NCBI RefSeq assembly: GCF_006345805.1 | Contig: NC_042999.1 | Location: 158,100,001 to 158,164,000, forward strand | Source of the DNA: Octopus sinensis | Taxonomy: Eukaryota | Length of the DNA stretch: 64,000 bases | Direction of reading: 5' to 3' | Shown here: positions 49,750-64,000 of the stretch, in pieces | How the letters are laid out: each line of letters begins with the position of its first letter | Position numbering within the stretch: position 1 is the first letter of the stretch | Notes under the pieces: generated by a model | What the model was told of the DNA's origin: nothing | Seen by the model: only the letters and a program-made list of their open reading frames with translations | The model's database searches: none | Translations under genes and position numbers: made by a program

Positions 49750-50157
49750 CTGGCAGAAACGTTAGCGCGCCTGGCGAAATGCTTAGCAGTATTTCGTCTG
49801 CCGTTACGTTCTGAGTTCAAATTCCGCCGAGGTCGACTTTACCTTTCATCCTTTCGGGGTCGATTAAATAAGTACCATTTACGCACTGGAGTCGATGTAA
49901 TCGACTTAATCCGTTTGTCTGTCCTTGTTTGTCCCCTCTGTGTTTAGCCCCTTGTGGGTAGTAAAGAAATAGGTATTTCGTCTGCCGTTACGTTCTGAGT
50001 TTAAATTCCGCCGAGGTCGACTTTACCTTTCATCCTTTCGGGGTCGATTAAATAAGTACCAGTTACGCACTGGAGTCGATATAATTGACTTAATCCGTTT
50101 GTCTGTTCTTGTTTGTCCCCTCTGTGTTTAGCCCCTTGTGGGTAGTAAAGAAATAGG
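49750..50157 (+). mobile_element. SINE B dimer
   Basis: Slightly 5'-truncated head plus a second ~184-nt unit joined at GAAATAGGTATTTCGTCTGC; 10-bp TSD TATTAGACAG (49740-49749, 50158-50167). Confidence 0.9.
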
Positions 50158-50424
50158 TATTAGACAGTTTACCTTCTGGTTGATAACTAATAAGGAATTT
50201 CGGAACCTTCTGTATCTGTTTTCCGTCCGTTTGTGCATATAATATACGTTTTCCTGTTCGTCTGTGCATTTATTATACCTTTATTAACTTGCCATTCTCT
50301 GTCCGTGTTTTGTTTATGCATTTTCAACTCATTTTTTCACTTATTATTTAACGGAACGCAACGCACCCTGGTTTTGTATTAACAGTAAGTTATATATATG
50401 TATATATATATATACACATACATA

Positions 50425-50515
<91 letters not shown>

Positions 50516-50521
50516 TATATA

Positions 50522-50896
50522 CTAGCAGTATTGCCCGGCGTTGCTCGGTTTGTAAAGGAAATAACTATAAAGCATTTTTAGAGTTATAGCCAAAAATTAG
50601 CAAAAAATGGAAAGAAAATGATGGTAAATTTTTTTTAAATCGTTGACTCATCGTAGATATTTTTAGAGAGTTACTTCCCTTATATAATAGCAAAAAATGC
50701 ATTAAAATGGAAAAAATGATGGGAAATTATTTTAAAATCGTAGACTCATCGTAGACGCGCGCTAATACCCAGAAGTGCTCGATATGAATCACGACTATAA
50801 GATAACCGGTTTTGGTTAAACTGCACCGCAAAATGTGGGAGTAGTTAGGAATCTAAATCGTAGGAGACAGACACACAACCTTACTTTTATATATAA

Positions 50897-50899
<3 letters not shown>
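50522..50899 (-). mobile_element. Non-autonomous Helitron (family D) with internal duplication
   Basis: CTAG + hairpin at 50522; TC 5' end at 50899. Confidence 0.88.
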
Positions 50900-50927
<28 letters not shown>

Positions 50928-52895
50928 CGACATATGAGTAATAAACGCTATGTTTTCAATTCTTTTTCCACTTTTGAAAAGAAGACACTCTGTGTGTGTT
51001 TCTCATTAACATTTCATCAAAAAGAATCTTTGATTTTCCTGTTGAAAAGCAAACACAAAAATCAAAGTTCTTTATAATTAGCAAAACTATAGCTATATGA
51101 AAACGGCCCTTGAACACTAATATATTTATATATTTCATTTTTGAAGTGGGAGTGATATCAGATTATGTGAAATTCTTAACCAAACAATCTATTTCAAATA
51201 ACATATAAGATTTCTTACTAATTGGAAATCAAAGTATTTGAAAGTTTAGAAGAAAACAACAAACTACACGGCTTTAGTAGTACGCTCCTCAAAATATACT
51301 AGCTTAAACTTCATGAGTGTCTAAAGTACGTCATAAGTGGAAAGTTGAGTTAAATATCATTATCTGTTTCCATTGGAAACATTTTTGATCAACCAATAAA
51401 GTTATACGCACTGTATTGAAAATCTTTTTCACCTTTTGAAGTAGGCATTAGAATGCTTTTGATAATATTGTGTCGTTAATTATTTCATGTTTAACTTATT
51501 CTTGTTGAATTTAGTAGCATAGTAGTATTTCTTTTATTGAACTTCTGAAGAATGAAATACAATATTGGCAGTGAATTTGAAATAATAGTAAAAAAACAAC
51601 AAAAAAAAAAAAAAAAACACGTGACACTGTAAAGTAACTAATGCAATTATCTGTCACCTACCGTTCCGCTCCCATTTGCCAAGCTGAATCATTTTTCTTG
51701 CCAAAAAAATTTTAAAAAATTAAAAAATAAATAAATAAAAGATAAGAAAAAAATCGATTGTGATGTAATACTGCGATTTTATTGAACCCAGTAGAGTCTA
51801 AATATAAATCGTGGCTGGAAGAAATTTCAAATTTATACAGTAAAGATGCGACTCTTGAAGTTTACGGCTCCGTGCATCAATATAATTTGAATTATATAAC
51901 TCCAGTCAGGTATTTACTTCTCCCAATAGTGAAAGTTATGTTCAACTTACTTAAAACTGTATGAGTGACTAAGTCCAATGAATAAGAACCGTATCACTTT
52001 TCTTAGACTTTCCGTCTACAGAAACTCCTCAAATATTCCTATTATATACATCACGATCATAAACTCCAGATAGAAAGCTTATGCTCCTTTAATTCCAAGT
52101 TCCATAAATAAGCCACACACACAAAAAAAAAAAACCCGTTGATACTATTGAACAGAATAGTTGAGCTTTCTAGATTCATCAATGTCCGACTTTAATTTTC
52201 ATTCTTTCGGGGTCAATGAAAGAAGCACTAATCAAAAACTATAGTCGTTTTAATCGGTTATGTTCTCCCAAAATATGTGGTCATGTGCTTATCATCGTAA
52301 TCGATAATACAGAACATCTGTCGGAATATATAGAGCACCTTAGAGCCGTAACGTCTCTTTGCAGCAAATTTTATATATTTCTTGACAGCCTCTTTGAGTA
52401 AATTCATATTTACATTAGTGACACAACTCTCTAGCAACACATTTTCACTTACGACCAATGAAGTTGGAACTAAATAATATTTTTTTTACGCAAAAATAAA
52501 TTAAAGGAAAAACCCATTAAGTTTTCGAATAACCACTTTGATAACAACAAGAATGTGATACAAAATGTCTCCTTGTTAATTAAATTAAATTAAAACAAAA
52601 TAATTAAATAATTTTATGTAAAGCCCTTCGTCTTGTTCCAAACATTATTAGCTTAAGACAGAAAAATTAATTAAAAAATGTTATGTGCCTTTCATTATAA
52701 ATATATCCATAAATAAGTTCATGCTATTTCTACGGGAAATCGTTAATTTTTTTTATTCATTTATTAGTTGTGTTTTTTATCAATTAATAGATACATAAAT
52801 AAAACAAATTGTAGGAAATGCAGACTTCAAGAAAACCGTAAAAATATACCCTTTTAGTAAAACCTATGTAAGCATCCATGCAATTGTAGAAGGAC

Positions 52896-52896
<1 letters not shown>

Positions 52897-52969
<73 letters not shown>
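52897..52969. repeat. (AG)n microsatellite
   Basis: Direct reading. Confidence 0.95.
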
Positions 52970-52972
<3 letters not shown>

Positions 52973-53897
52973 GGCAGTCGGAAAGAAAAAAAACTTATGT
53001 CGTGTTTGTGATGATAGTACATTTGTTCTTTAAATTTCTGTGCTGGAATGAGAAGTATTCACACATTTACACAGAGCATTTCGCTATATTTTGGCCAACT
53101 GCGCTGTCAGCTGTGTTCAAGAAGAGCATTTAGTCTAACATCTGAGTACGCATATGTGGCTTGTACTATGCACCATACACATATACACACATATTTTCAA
53201 ATGAATTGCATATCATATGTTAAGGTATTTTATGCTATATTTACATTATCGATAATCTGTTACTTTGACTAATACTTGTTATTTTCTATTAATGTTAGTA
53301 TATTTAACTCTCTCTTGATAAAAACAAAAACGAAAAACAACATTGTTAATTTACAAAATTCGTTATAACATGGCAGCGAACATTCTATGAAGTATTAAAA
53401 TAGACAACAGCATTTTAAATTTGATCGTGGGATTCCAAGTAGACGCACGATTTAGTTTTCACGGCAACTTCCAAGGTGTCCATGAGAAAGCCACAATTAC
53501 AAGATATTTTGCACTACATCTGATATTGTTCAATGATGTCTCTATTGATTTACATCGTTTATCATATTTTAAACTAGCTAAACCTAGACTGCATAAAAAC
53601 GATATCCTTAGAACTAACTTCCACACTTCTAAACCTAGTTCCTCCAAAACGAATCCAAGCATTCACAAAGTAAGTCTACAATCTTCATAATACGTGTGAT
53701 GCTGTTTATTTTCAAATTTTGCTTCGGGATTTCTTAGTTATTTAGAGTTTGAAATTGTAGGTTTTTCAGCAGATTATGACTAAAATCATTAACCATTCAA
53801 AGGGCGTAAAAAAAGAAAAAAAAAGAGAAAAATAATGTTTACACAGACACTTATGTTAGCATATATGTGTTGTATGTGTATACAAATGAATATATAT

Positions 53898-54232
53898 TCT
53901 TTTACTCTTTTACTTGTTTCAGTCATTTGACTGTGGCCATGCTGGAGCACCGCCTTTTGTCGAGCAGATCGACCCCAGGACTTATTCTTTGTAAGCCTAG
54001 TACTTATTCTATCGGTCTCTTTTGCCGAACAACTAAGTTACGGGGGCGTAAACACACCAGCATCGGTTGTCAAGCGATCTTTCAGTTTTCGTCTACCAAA
54101 CCCACTCACAAGGCTTTGGTCGGCCCGAGTCTATACTAGAAGACACTTGCCCAGGGTGCCACGCAGTGGGACTGAACCCGGAGCCATGTGGTTCGTAAGC
54201 AAGCCTACTTACCACACAGCCACTCCTACGCC
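53898..54232 (-). mobile_element. Composite SINE A-C lacking the internal microsatellite
   Basis: A and C modules joined directly at CAAGCGAT|CTTTCAG. Confidence 0.88.
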
Positions 54233-54945
54233 TATACGATATATGTATGTAATTATTTTGACTAATGGGTATATGTCAATTAGTGTGTTAAGTAAAGGAC
54301 TTTCATCGTTTAGGCGATCTGGAGTCATTCACGGTTGAGTTATATATTCCGCAGATGTAAGCGGATGTCATGGTGGCAATTTATCAAGCATAACTATCCT
54401 TTGAACATAGTCAAATAGATCTACCAAATGCTGTTCAAATAGTACAAAAGTTGTAATCTAGAAAAACAGCCGCACAAATCACGAAAAGAGGCTTTTAAAG
54501 AAACCGAATGTTTCAATGCACTTAAATATCTATCACTAGACAAAGAAGGGAGATGTGTGTAAATGTTGTTGCTCTTTAGTCACAGGCCTTACTTCACTAT
54601 ACAGTGACCCATGATTATATTCCTTCAACCAGAAACATCCTGTCTTTTCCTAAATGTAAACAATCCACAACAACTGATGGCACGAACAACATTCCTAGGA
54701 AATCTCAGTACATGTAGCGGGAATCCCCTTCTTTATGCATGTACCTGCTGTGACACAAACTCCACAGGTTGATGCAAGACTATCAGACGCACAATATCCT
54801 ACCTATAACAGACAGTTTTAGGATGGGTCGAAACGATCGTCGTACTCAATAAAAACTAGTGCTAGATCTATCTTCCATTTCCTTCATCAATTATATGTGT
54901 ATGTGTGTACTCGTGCGCGTGTTCGTGCGTGCGTGTATATATATG

Positions 54946-55024
<79 letters not shown>

Positions 55025-56101
55025 ATTTATATATAGACTCATTTATGCTTAAGCGTGTCTATGTGAGGAGCATTAGAAGGCTATAAAGTAATGACCGTGA
55101 GGTATGTAAATTGACATGCTAATGTATATATATATAGGTAGCTTATGAACTTTTCAGCGCGCCTTCATATTTAGCTCTCTCTTGATAATTTGGTAACAAT
55201 TAGCAGACTTAATTGAAAATTTCAAAAATCACCGAAGGCAGGAAAATAAAGTAAACGATGGAAAAATAAAATAAATTTCTGAACATTACATTAAATTAAA
55301 TGCTGAAGAAAAGGATGAAAAATTGAAAGGAAATTTTTGAGATACTGACGAAAGAAAATTACAGTGTCAAGAACTAATGAATTGGTATAATGAATTTGCA
55401 ACAGCCATTTGCGTGTAAGACCATTTAAATATAAATAGATTATTAGCAATTTGGAAAGAAACGAACAGGAAAAAATCGGAAACGAAATTAGAGGGCGGTG
55501 GGGGTGGCAGGAGTAGGAATCTTAATCATTATATTATTCAACAGCCAGCCAGATAATAACATCTCTTTTTAAAGTTGTGGTGCATGCAATCATCAATAAA
55601 AGTATGCTCAATGTTTCAAGTATCACGAAAAGAGGAAAAAGAACAGAAATTATAACAAAATTTATACGTTAAAATATCGAATACTTTTCCGTGGTTGTTG
55701 TACAAAACTTGATATCTGGGTTGTCTGTTTCTGATGCATTTTACATTGGTTGGATTATTGTACAGACTCTTAGCGGTCACAATCAAAATCGTTGATCTGC
55801 GTGAAGAATGGCGAAATGATTTCGAGTCTCCGGTATAAAGAAGAGTTTTGTAGTAGCTTTTCTTTGACTTCGTTTTTCTAAAACCTCCAAGAGTTATCTT
55901 GGCTAGAAACTTGAGAGAGCTGATGGAGATCGTGACAAGACACGAACCGTTGATCTTTCATGATAAAAATAATAGAACTATTTTTAAAGTATTCAATGCA
56001 TTTAATATTTTTTATAAATTAGTATATCAGTGTATATAATTATGTTACTTCAACAATCTCAACATAACTATACTTTCTGCAATCTGCTATTTTATAACTG
56101 A

Positions 56102-56501
56102 CTAGCAGTATCGCCCGGCGTTGCTCGGGTTTGTAAGGGAAATAACTATATAAGCATTTTTAGAGATGTAAAGTATAATAGCCATCTCAATATGGCTAAC
56201 CACAAGGGGGAGGGGGGGTTACTGTAGCTTTTTACGTTCTGAGATTTAATAATAAATTTTTAGAGAGTTACTTTCCTTATATATGCCAAAAATGCATTAA
56301 AAAATGGGAAAAATTGATGGTAATTTTTTTTTTAAATCGTAGACTCATCGTAGACGCGCGCTAATACCCAGAAGGGCTCGATATGAATCACGACTATAAG
56401 ATACCCGGTTTTGGTTAAACTGCACCGCAAAATGTGGGAGTAGTTAGGAATCTAAATCGTAAGAGATAGACAGCACACAACCTCACTTTTATATATAAAG
56501 A
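56102..56501 (-). mobile_element. Non-autonomous Helitron (family D)
   Basis: A|CTAG...GA|T termini, hairpin GCCCGGCGTTGCTCGGG. Confidence 0.9.
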
Positions 56502-57958
56502 TTTTCTGTATTCTCTGTCAAAAGAAGAGCAGATTGTGTTCTTTGTTTTTTGATATATAAGAATTAGCAATTTACAAAATTAATGTCTTTCCTCGTTGTT
56601 TCAGTGGTATCATTGAACGGAAATAGCGTTCATTATGAATCGAATCCGAGACGCTGCTTCGTATCTACGGAAGCTTACTTTTATCTCGTAGATACTGCTT
56701 TAGCTTTCAGCACAAAGCAGCTTTTTAAAATGAGCACCCTACCAGTCGTGCATATATATACCTATCCAGAAATGTGAATACTGGCACAATGCACACACAC
56801 GCACGCACACTCGGGCGCATGCACACACACACACGCATTACATGTATGTATATGTATTTATATGTGCAAACGCACAAGTGCATATTTTAGTCTTTGTAGA
56901 GGCAATTACAAACTGAAATCGATTTTGTGTGTACATATTATATACATTAGTGGTGTGAGGGTGAATCGTTCTAATATTACCGGTAATTTCAGTGAACCAG
57001 TCAACAAAATTGTAATTGCCACAGAATGGAATAATTAATGCTGTAGCTTCGCAAAATTAACTCGACTGGCTTCCAATAAAAGTTCACCTCTGGACTTGGG
57101 CTATAATGGGTTTACTATGTGTTTCTAATTTTCGACCTTCAGAATCCACGATGGATAGATAACATAACATTAATACCAGCATAAAATAATTTCTACGAAG
57201 GACCAAAGCGGGAGTGTATGTGGTCTCTCAGTCTGCTGAAAATAATAGACAAATCTCCCTTAAACTACACGATATGTCTTTAAAAATGGCTGTTCGAATA
57301 ATGATTTATTGTTGTTTTTTGATGTTGATGATGATGATGATGAATAGATTCATCATCGATTTTTTTTTTAGAACATTCAATTTTTAGATCAAGTGAATTA
57401 CCTATTCGTTTTAATTAAGGTGATTTCCACGGGCATGCGTACTCTGAACATAACTTCTCAGGCTGAATGGATGTAAAAAGTTATTCAACGGAACTTCCAC
57501 ACTGTTCCATTCATCCAACTTCACTCAAAGTGCTTGGGTCGATTCAAGTCTATACGAATAAGCTATCTGAGATACACACAGCAAAATAAACTAGGAGGCC
57601 TCACGAATGCGAAACGAACTTCTTAACCAGTAACATATGAATGTGCCTATTGAATAATGTCGAGTATAGTATACCCGAAAACAGACAGAAAGACTATACT
57701 GGTTGAAATGCCTTCTGTCTTAGTTGTTTTTCCATCGGTATTGCGTATTAAGCAGTAAGAGCAGCAAATAGCATTAGCTCTATCGAGCCAACAAAGTAGT
57801 ATCTACGCAGATACGTTGAATATTAAAAGAATAGAGCAAATCTTTCTATACCATTAGCGCATGGCGGTTTCTTCGACAACTACTGTATTTATGGAAACTT
57901 TTTGGTAAATAAGTGTGTTTTCCATTTGTGAGCAAATCATAACTGGGATGCTTTATAT

Positions 57959-58428
57959 CAGGGGTTCTCAGCTGGGGGCCATATGACCATTGGTGTCCAT
58001 ATATAATTTTCTTAAGATTTATCAACAATAAATTGTTATTATTTCGTTTTTGGATTTGGTTTGCAAAATGCGCACAAACAAACAAAAAGGGAATGCAGTG
58101 TAAATAACGGACAGAGTCAAGACTATTGTAAAGGTTGCAACACGCAACAAAAAGTTTAGAAAATGAAAATAAGAAATAAGTGGAAATTTTACCGGTGAAT
58201 GTGTTAAATAATAAGGTATAAAAGAGAATGACTCTCCCCAGACACAACAAAATTGTTAATACTTCTACAACATACAAAATATCTTTAATATTTCATACAA
58301 TTCCTAATAGTTCAGTATAAAAATACAGTAAGATTTTTTTAATATACACATCAAATGGCTATGGAGGCCCAGTAGTGTAAAATAGGAATCAAAGGAGTCT
58401 ATAGACAAAAAATGGTTGAGAATCTCTG
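57959..58428. mobile_element. hAT-like MITE (~470 bp)
   Basis: TIRs CAGGGGTTCTCAGC / GTTGAGAATCTCTG; 8-bp TSD CTTTATAT / CTTTACAT. Confidence 0.85.
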
Positions 58429-58859
58429 CTTTACATGATAGGTTTACTAAAAGAAGGCTTCGAGACAAACAGCAACATTAACTAAAACAACAGTCTCGCA
58501 GTTTCGACGTGGAAAGACAAATTTTCTAGTGAATAAAAATTGTAATGATTAATATGTAAATATTGGATATGTAAATTAAGTTGCCGTCTGAGGGTTATTA
58601 GTTATATCATTCAGCAGAATAGCCATTACTGTACAAGTTACAATATCAGTGCATTTTGTTATATTATACTGCCACACTTATTACTAGCATACAATATACA
58701 CCATTACTATGCACATGGTTGTCACATTTCATTTAACTTCGTTTGAAGCCGACGAATTCCATTTGTTTCTCTTCATAAAACTGTTTGCATAAATGATAAT
58801 GCCGGCAACATCACCAAGGACACTTATAACAGCAATGAGATTATACACAAACTTATACA

Positions 58860-59575
<716 letters not shown>

Positions 59576-59810
59576 AAGTGGTTTGTTTAAGAGGGAGGGC
59601 AAAGTCGATTGAATCTACATTACTGTGTTATTTGTAAAATGTCTAATAGTGTATTAGAAAGTATTTCCACTTCGAACAGTAAGACATTACATATTTTGGA
59701 TATGTGTAGAGTTTAGAGTTCAGTCAACTACTTTCTACGAGATATACTTTGTCTTTTCCATGAATAATAAAAAGAAATCGCAAGAAAATAACATCAATGA
59801 TGATTTATTT

Positions 59811-60070
59811 GCAGCGTGGGAGGTGTTTAAAAGCCATTTAGAAACACACGAAAGCCGCTAGATTCACTTCAACATTTAAGTTTAATTTGCCAAAATATTT
59901 TCGTCGCTTTGAGACCGCGACCTGTTCACTGACCAGTACGGAATTTTGTCAGTGAACAGGTCGCAGTCTCAAAGCGACGAAAATATTTTGGCAAATTAAA
60001 TTTAAATGTTAAAGTGAATCTAACGGTTTTGTGTGTTTCTTAAATGGCTTATAAACACCTTCCACGCTGC
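59811..60070. mobile_element. Fold-back element, ~123-nt arms, 14-nt loop; each arm starts with a G3:C8 hammerhead
   Basis: About 9 differences between arms by eye; plus HHR 59947-59993, minus HHR 59888-59934. Confidence 0.9.
59947..59993 (+). ncRNA. Minimal hammerhead ribozyme with G3:C8 core and a 1-nt insertion before stem II
   Basis: TGTCA-GTGAACA-G-GTCGC AGTCTCAAA GCGAC-GAA-AATATT-T-TGGCA. Confidence 0.6.
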
Positions 60071-60716
60071 GATCTCAGGTCACTTGCTATGCAAGTACAT
60101 CTCCGATGATTTATTTATTTTACATAAAAGTGTGAAGAGACGTCAAGTACAGTATAATTCAATATAAATTGAACATAAAATATATGTAAAAGAATAATTA
60201 ATGTAGACATTATACTACTTCATAACAGTTAATAAGTTTAATTTATAATTTAATTAGCGCAATTGTGATAGTAAATGACAATTAAACGTAAATAGAAGAA
60301 ATGAATACAAATGTATGTGTGAATATGTATACGTATGTAAGTATGTATGTATATTTATGTGTGTGTATATTTATGTATGTATTGTACACGTATACATGCA
60401 TACGTGCATATATATAATTGTATGAATGTGCGCTCACATATACATACACACATATCTTTGTGTGTATATGTACGCATGTATGTTTGTATACGTACTTAAC
60501 AGTAATTTACATTTGTTATTATTTTTCGCATCGTATTGATTAGTTTTTCTTTTGTTTGTATGTTCTATCATAAATTGTTTTATATGCATCGTATCTCTGA
60601 TGCGTTTATTTGAACTAAAACGTTCATTCACAGAAGGCCGCATGCATGCATTCACGCTACGTAACCACATACTCGCACACAAACACCGATATACCTTTTA
60701 AGCTCACACTAACACC

Positions 60717-60948
60717 TATTTCTTTATTACCCACAAGGGGCTAAACATAGATAGGACAAACAAGGAGAGACATAGGTATTAAGTCGATTCCATCGACCCC
60801 AGTGCGTAACTGGTACTTAATTTATCGACCCCGAAAGGATGAAAGGCAACGTCGACCTCGGCGGAATTTGAACTCACAGTGTAACGACAGACGAAATACG
60901 GCTACGCATTTCGCCCGGCGTGCTAACGTTTCTGGCAGCTCGCCACCT
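60717..60948 (-). mobile_element. SINE family B, full length
   Basis: 16-bp TSD AGCTCACACTAACACC (60701-60716, 60952-60967). Confidence 0.92.
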
Positions 60949-61294
60949 TCTAGCTCACACTAACACCGATAAATTTACACACTTATGCATGTCCATACCC
61001 ACCCAAAACACACACAAGCACAGTACTCACCAACATGTATGCTGCAAAGCGCATTCTCGCTGAAACATGCACATCTGTTCATCAATTCCTTTCCAGACTT
61101 TATCTCATGGAACAGCATTACTCTTGGTTTATTTCCTTCATTTTGTCGCCTTCTTATACTTAAATAATACTATATTCTTTTTTCTTTGAAACATTTTGTT
61201 TCTTTCTGTATTGACTTTTACCTGTGTTTAACTTTCTACAATACTATACCAAACTAGTTCCGGCTATTCTTTTCCTTCTCTCCAGACCATTCTT

Positions 61295-61330
61295 CTTTCT
61301 GACGAAGAGCCATGCCCGAAACTTTACAAC
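61295..61330 (+). ncRNA. Degenerate hammerhead motif in a pLTR-like repeat
   Basis: CTGACGA-A-GAGC CAT GCCC-GAA-ACTT; stems III and I decayed. Confidence 0.4.
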
Positions 61331-61619
61331 CCATCTTTTATCCGCTATAAACTGAGCGACAACATAATACATGTGTGCGTTCTTTTGCTGTTAATTTTTA
61401 TTTTTGAATTGCCTCATACATATACATACATGATGGCGGCCCCCTCGTTATCGAGTATGGCCATTGCACGTAGCTTATCTGTTATTGGTGCTGTGATCGA
61501 ATGTGACTTTTTAGCCCAGCTAAAGATCTACAATGTCTTGTACAGAATTGGCAACTAAAACCTTTACCGGCAGTAGTCGGCTGTAGTTGTAACTGGGCTT
61601 CATGTACCTTTGCATGTCA

Positions 61620-62145
61620 TTTAAGTTCTCCTGCCGAGGTAAGCTTTGTCTTACTGGAATCCGATGCCGCCTGTATCTCATCAGCCTTCTTATTCCACCA
61701 CATATCCCTCATCTGAGAGAGCCTTTGCTTCACACGTGATTTCACATCCTTGAGTTCTCTATGCAACACTTCCCTTTCCTGTGGCTTTGCTGACAAATAG
61801 CATGACAAAGTACGTCTTTTATCAGCCAATAAATCGTCTATATGTTCATCATCTTCTTTAAACCAATCTTGATGCTTTCTTTGTATCAATCCCAGAACTT
61901 ACTTGCCTATATCATAAACTGACTTTTTAAGGGCCGGCCAATCCTCCCCAATATCTGCAGCATTCATTTCCTCTCGTGAAGTTCTCTTCGCACTATTACA
62001 CCTAAAACGATCAACATTCTGTCTTTTAGGCAGCCCGGATTTTATGTTTTGTGACTAATTTCACTTTTGTACGCACAAGGCGGTGGTCAGTCCAACATTC
62101 AGCTCCACGAAGAACACGAACACACTGCACATCTTGTCTATCACG
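61620..62145 (-). mobile_element. RTE (BovB-like) LINE fragment: APE C-terminus and linker
   Basis: RDRQDVQCVRVLRGAECWTDHRLVR and RKHQDWFKEDD...WWNKKADEIQAASD. Confidence 0.85.
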
Positions 62146-62162
62146 CATCCTATATACATACA

Positions 62163-62217
<55 letters not shown>

Positions 62218-62229
62218 AGAATTCACAAA

Positions 62230-62875
62230 AAAGACAACAACAGACGAAGACAGGTGGTGTAGACAACAAACAGATGTATTAGTTTAACGCTCGGGAAGTG
62301 AAAAAGTCTTTAACGTTTTGAGCCTACGCTCTTCGACAGAAAGGATCTCAGAAATAAACAGGGAGAGAACATAGAAAAAGGTTTAGTGGCTAGCGATCTA
62401 TCATGGCGAATGCTTGACAGAGGGTCACACAGGAGAGCTAGGAAGTAGGGGAGATAATAAAGTAATGGTGATCCCAAAACGAAGGTGCGTGTGTATATGA
62501 GTGCGTGTATGACCGTGTGGAAGAGGGCTGGTGACCTTGACGTGTGTGTGCGTGCATTTGTAGATATGTGGATTATAGTATGGGTGCTGGGAAGTGGTCA
62601 GTGCTAATGCGTGCGTGGTAGTGTGATGTGATGTGTGGTGTGGTATGGTGGTGTTGGGATGTGGGGGAGGCGTGAGTGGGGAAAGCAAGGGTAGGGTGTG
62701 GTGTGGTGTGGGGGTTAGGCTGAGGGTGAGGGTAGAGGTGGGGAGTGGGTTTATGGAATGGGGTGGGGGTGAGATGGGATGGATAGGGAAGGTGGGGTTA
62801 CGAGGGAGGGGTGACGATGAAGGGAGAGTGGGAAAGGAGAAGGTGCGTAAGAGTGAAGAGAAGAGTTAAGACCAC
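62230..62875 (-). mobile_element. Penelope-like 3' terminal repeat with a hammerhead variant (62308-62343)
   Basis: CTTT-CTGTCGA-A-GAGC GTAG GCTC-AAA-ACGT-T-AAAG; homologous to 31990-32280. Confidence 0.65.
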
Positions 62876-62879
62876 CGTT

Positions 62880-63000
62880 GACAAGTACTAACCTCTTGGC
62901 TAAGACCTTGGCCAAGATCTTGAACTTTGCATTTTGTAGTGTGGTCGCCCTCGTTCAAATTCTCTCTCAGTAGTGTCACCACTCTTCGGTTGGCAGGTGT
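62880..63000 (-). mobile_element. L1/Tx1-clade reverse transcriptase fragment
   Basis: VVTLLRE..GD..TLQNAKFKILAKVLAKRLVLV matches the L1/Tx1 LLNxDxKILAKVLAxRL motif. Confidence 0.65.
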
Positions 63001-63574
63001 CAGAATTCTCTCGTCCTGTTACCGGTTGTTACTTTCCCGCTTTCTGTCCTGTTGGCCGGCTTTCAAGAACGAAAGTATGGAAGTCATTTTGAAAATTTAG
63101 TTTTAATTTCAAATAAATTTTCTTTCTTTCTAAATTTTGGCCAGTAGAGTGAGTTATAAAAAGATCAACCAATCTTTCTTTTCTGTCTTAGTCGGCTTAA
63201 CAACAAGCTAAAGCAAAATTAACAATTTGCCAACTGGAAAGGAAAATAAGACAGATTCAACGTGCTTCACAAAACACGTTTAGCTACGACAGTGAACAAT
63301 AACAAGAGCAATACAATCAGTAACAATAAGAACAATAGTGATTATGATGAAAATGCTGTTTTCTAAATGGTCATAAGAATATTATAATCGTTATGAATTA
63401 TTGAAATAAGCTTGCTATCCAAGAGGCATAATATCAATGTCAAAACCTACCGATCAGACGACAATTTGAAAACAAAAAGATTAAATACCAGAATACAATA
63501 AAAAAATTGGTGCGGTAAAACGAATAAATTAAACCTTAAAAGTGATATGCTTTTAAATGAAAACAATTTGTTTG

Positions 63575-64000
63575 TCCTTCTCTTCTAACAATGCTCATTC
63601 CTACGCAGATGATACTATCATTCATTACTTGCCTAGCCTCCCTCATCCAAGCGTCATCCACATGCAACCTCAACATTTAAGACCAGATCTGCACAAACAC
63701 CATGAACGGAAACGCCAGAAACATCTCCAAATGATATCATGCTAAGCTTGTCACATTCAACAACACACCTCTAGAGAAAGAAAACAAATGACCGCCCGTA
63801 TCAACCAAGAAAACACTTTACATTATTTTAAGCGTGGGCAACACAAACACACAACATGAATACACGATTGCTTTCTATGCTTGGGGCCAATGTCACCAAG
63901 GATGTCACCGAGTGAATACACATTCGTTGCATAACAAAGATTGCATTTGAATCACTGGTCTTTCCTTTCAGGGCTAGAAAATATTTTATCTCTTATCAAT
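63575..64000 (+). mobile_element. Decayed LINE RT fragment (CR1/Jockey group)
   Basis: HSYADDTIIHY, LVTFN, LGANVTKD..HIRCITKIA..L.F.FRARKYF. Confidence 0.7.

Overview
A 64-kb AT-rich eukaryotic window that is almost entirely repeat-derived. It looks intergenic or intronic, and no intact host protein-coding gene is supported. From recognition of the repeat families, the source is most consistent with an octopod cephalopod (inference). It holds huge (TA)n/(TG)n/(TACA)n/(AG)n microsatellites and at least four tRNA-headed SINE families, many with clear TSDs. It also holds non-autonomous Helitrons, a mariner remnant, hAT-like and other MITEs, decayed CR1, RTE, R4/Dong-like, L1/Tx1-like and Penelope (GIY-YIG) fragments, and a processed RPL23A pseudogene. 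Highlights: (1) a 2.2-kb ORF1-only retroelement with a CCHC knuckle, inserted with a 15-bp TSD inside a SINE tRNA head; (2) about a dozen minimal hammerhead ribozyme motifs, including U3:A8 and G3:C8 covariant cores, several within long fold-back elements; (3) TSD-flanked SINE multimers sharing one junction; (4) a SINE 3' tail shared with the CR1 LINE. All structures and alignments were done by eye.
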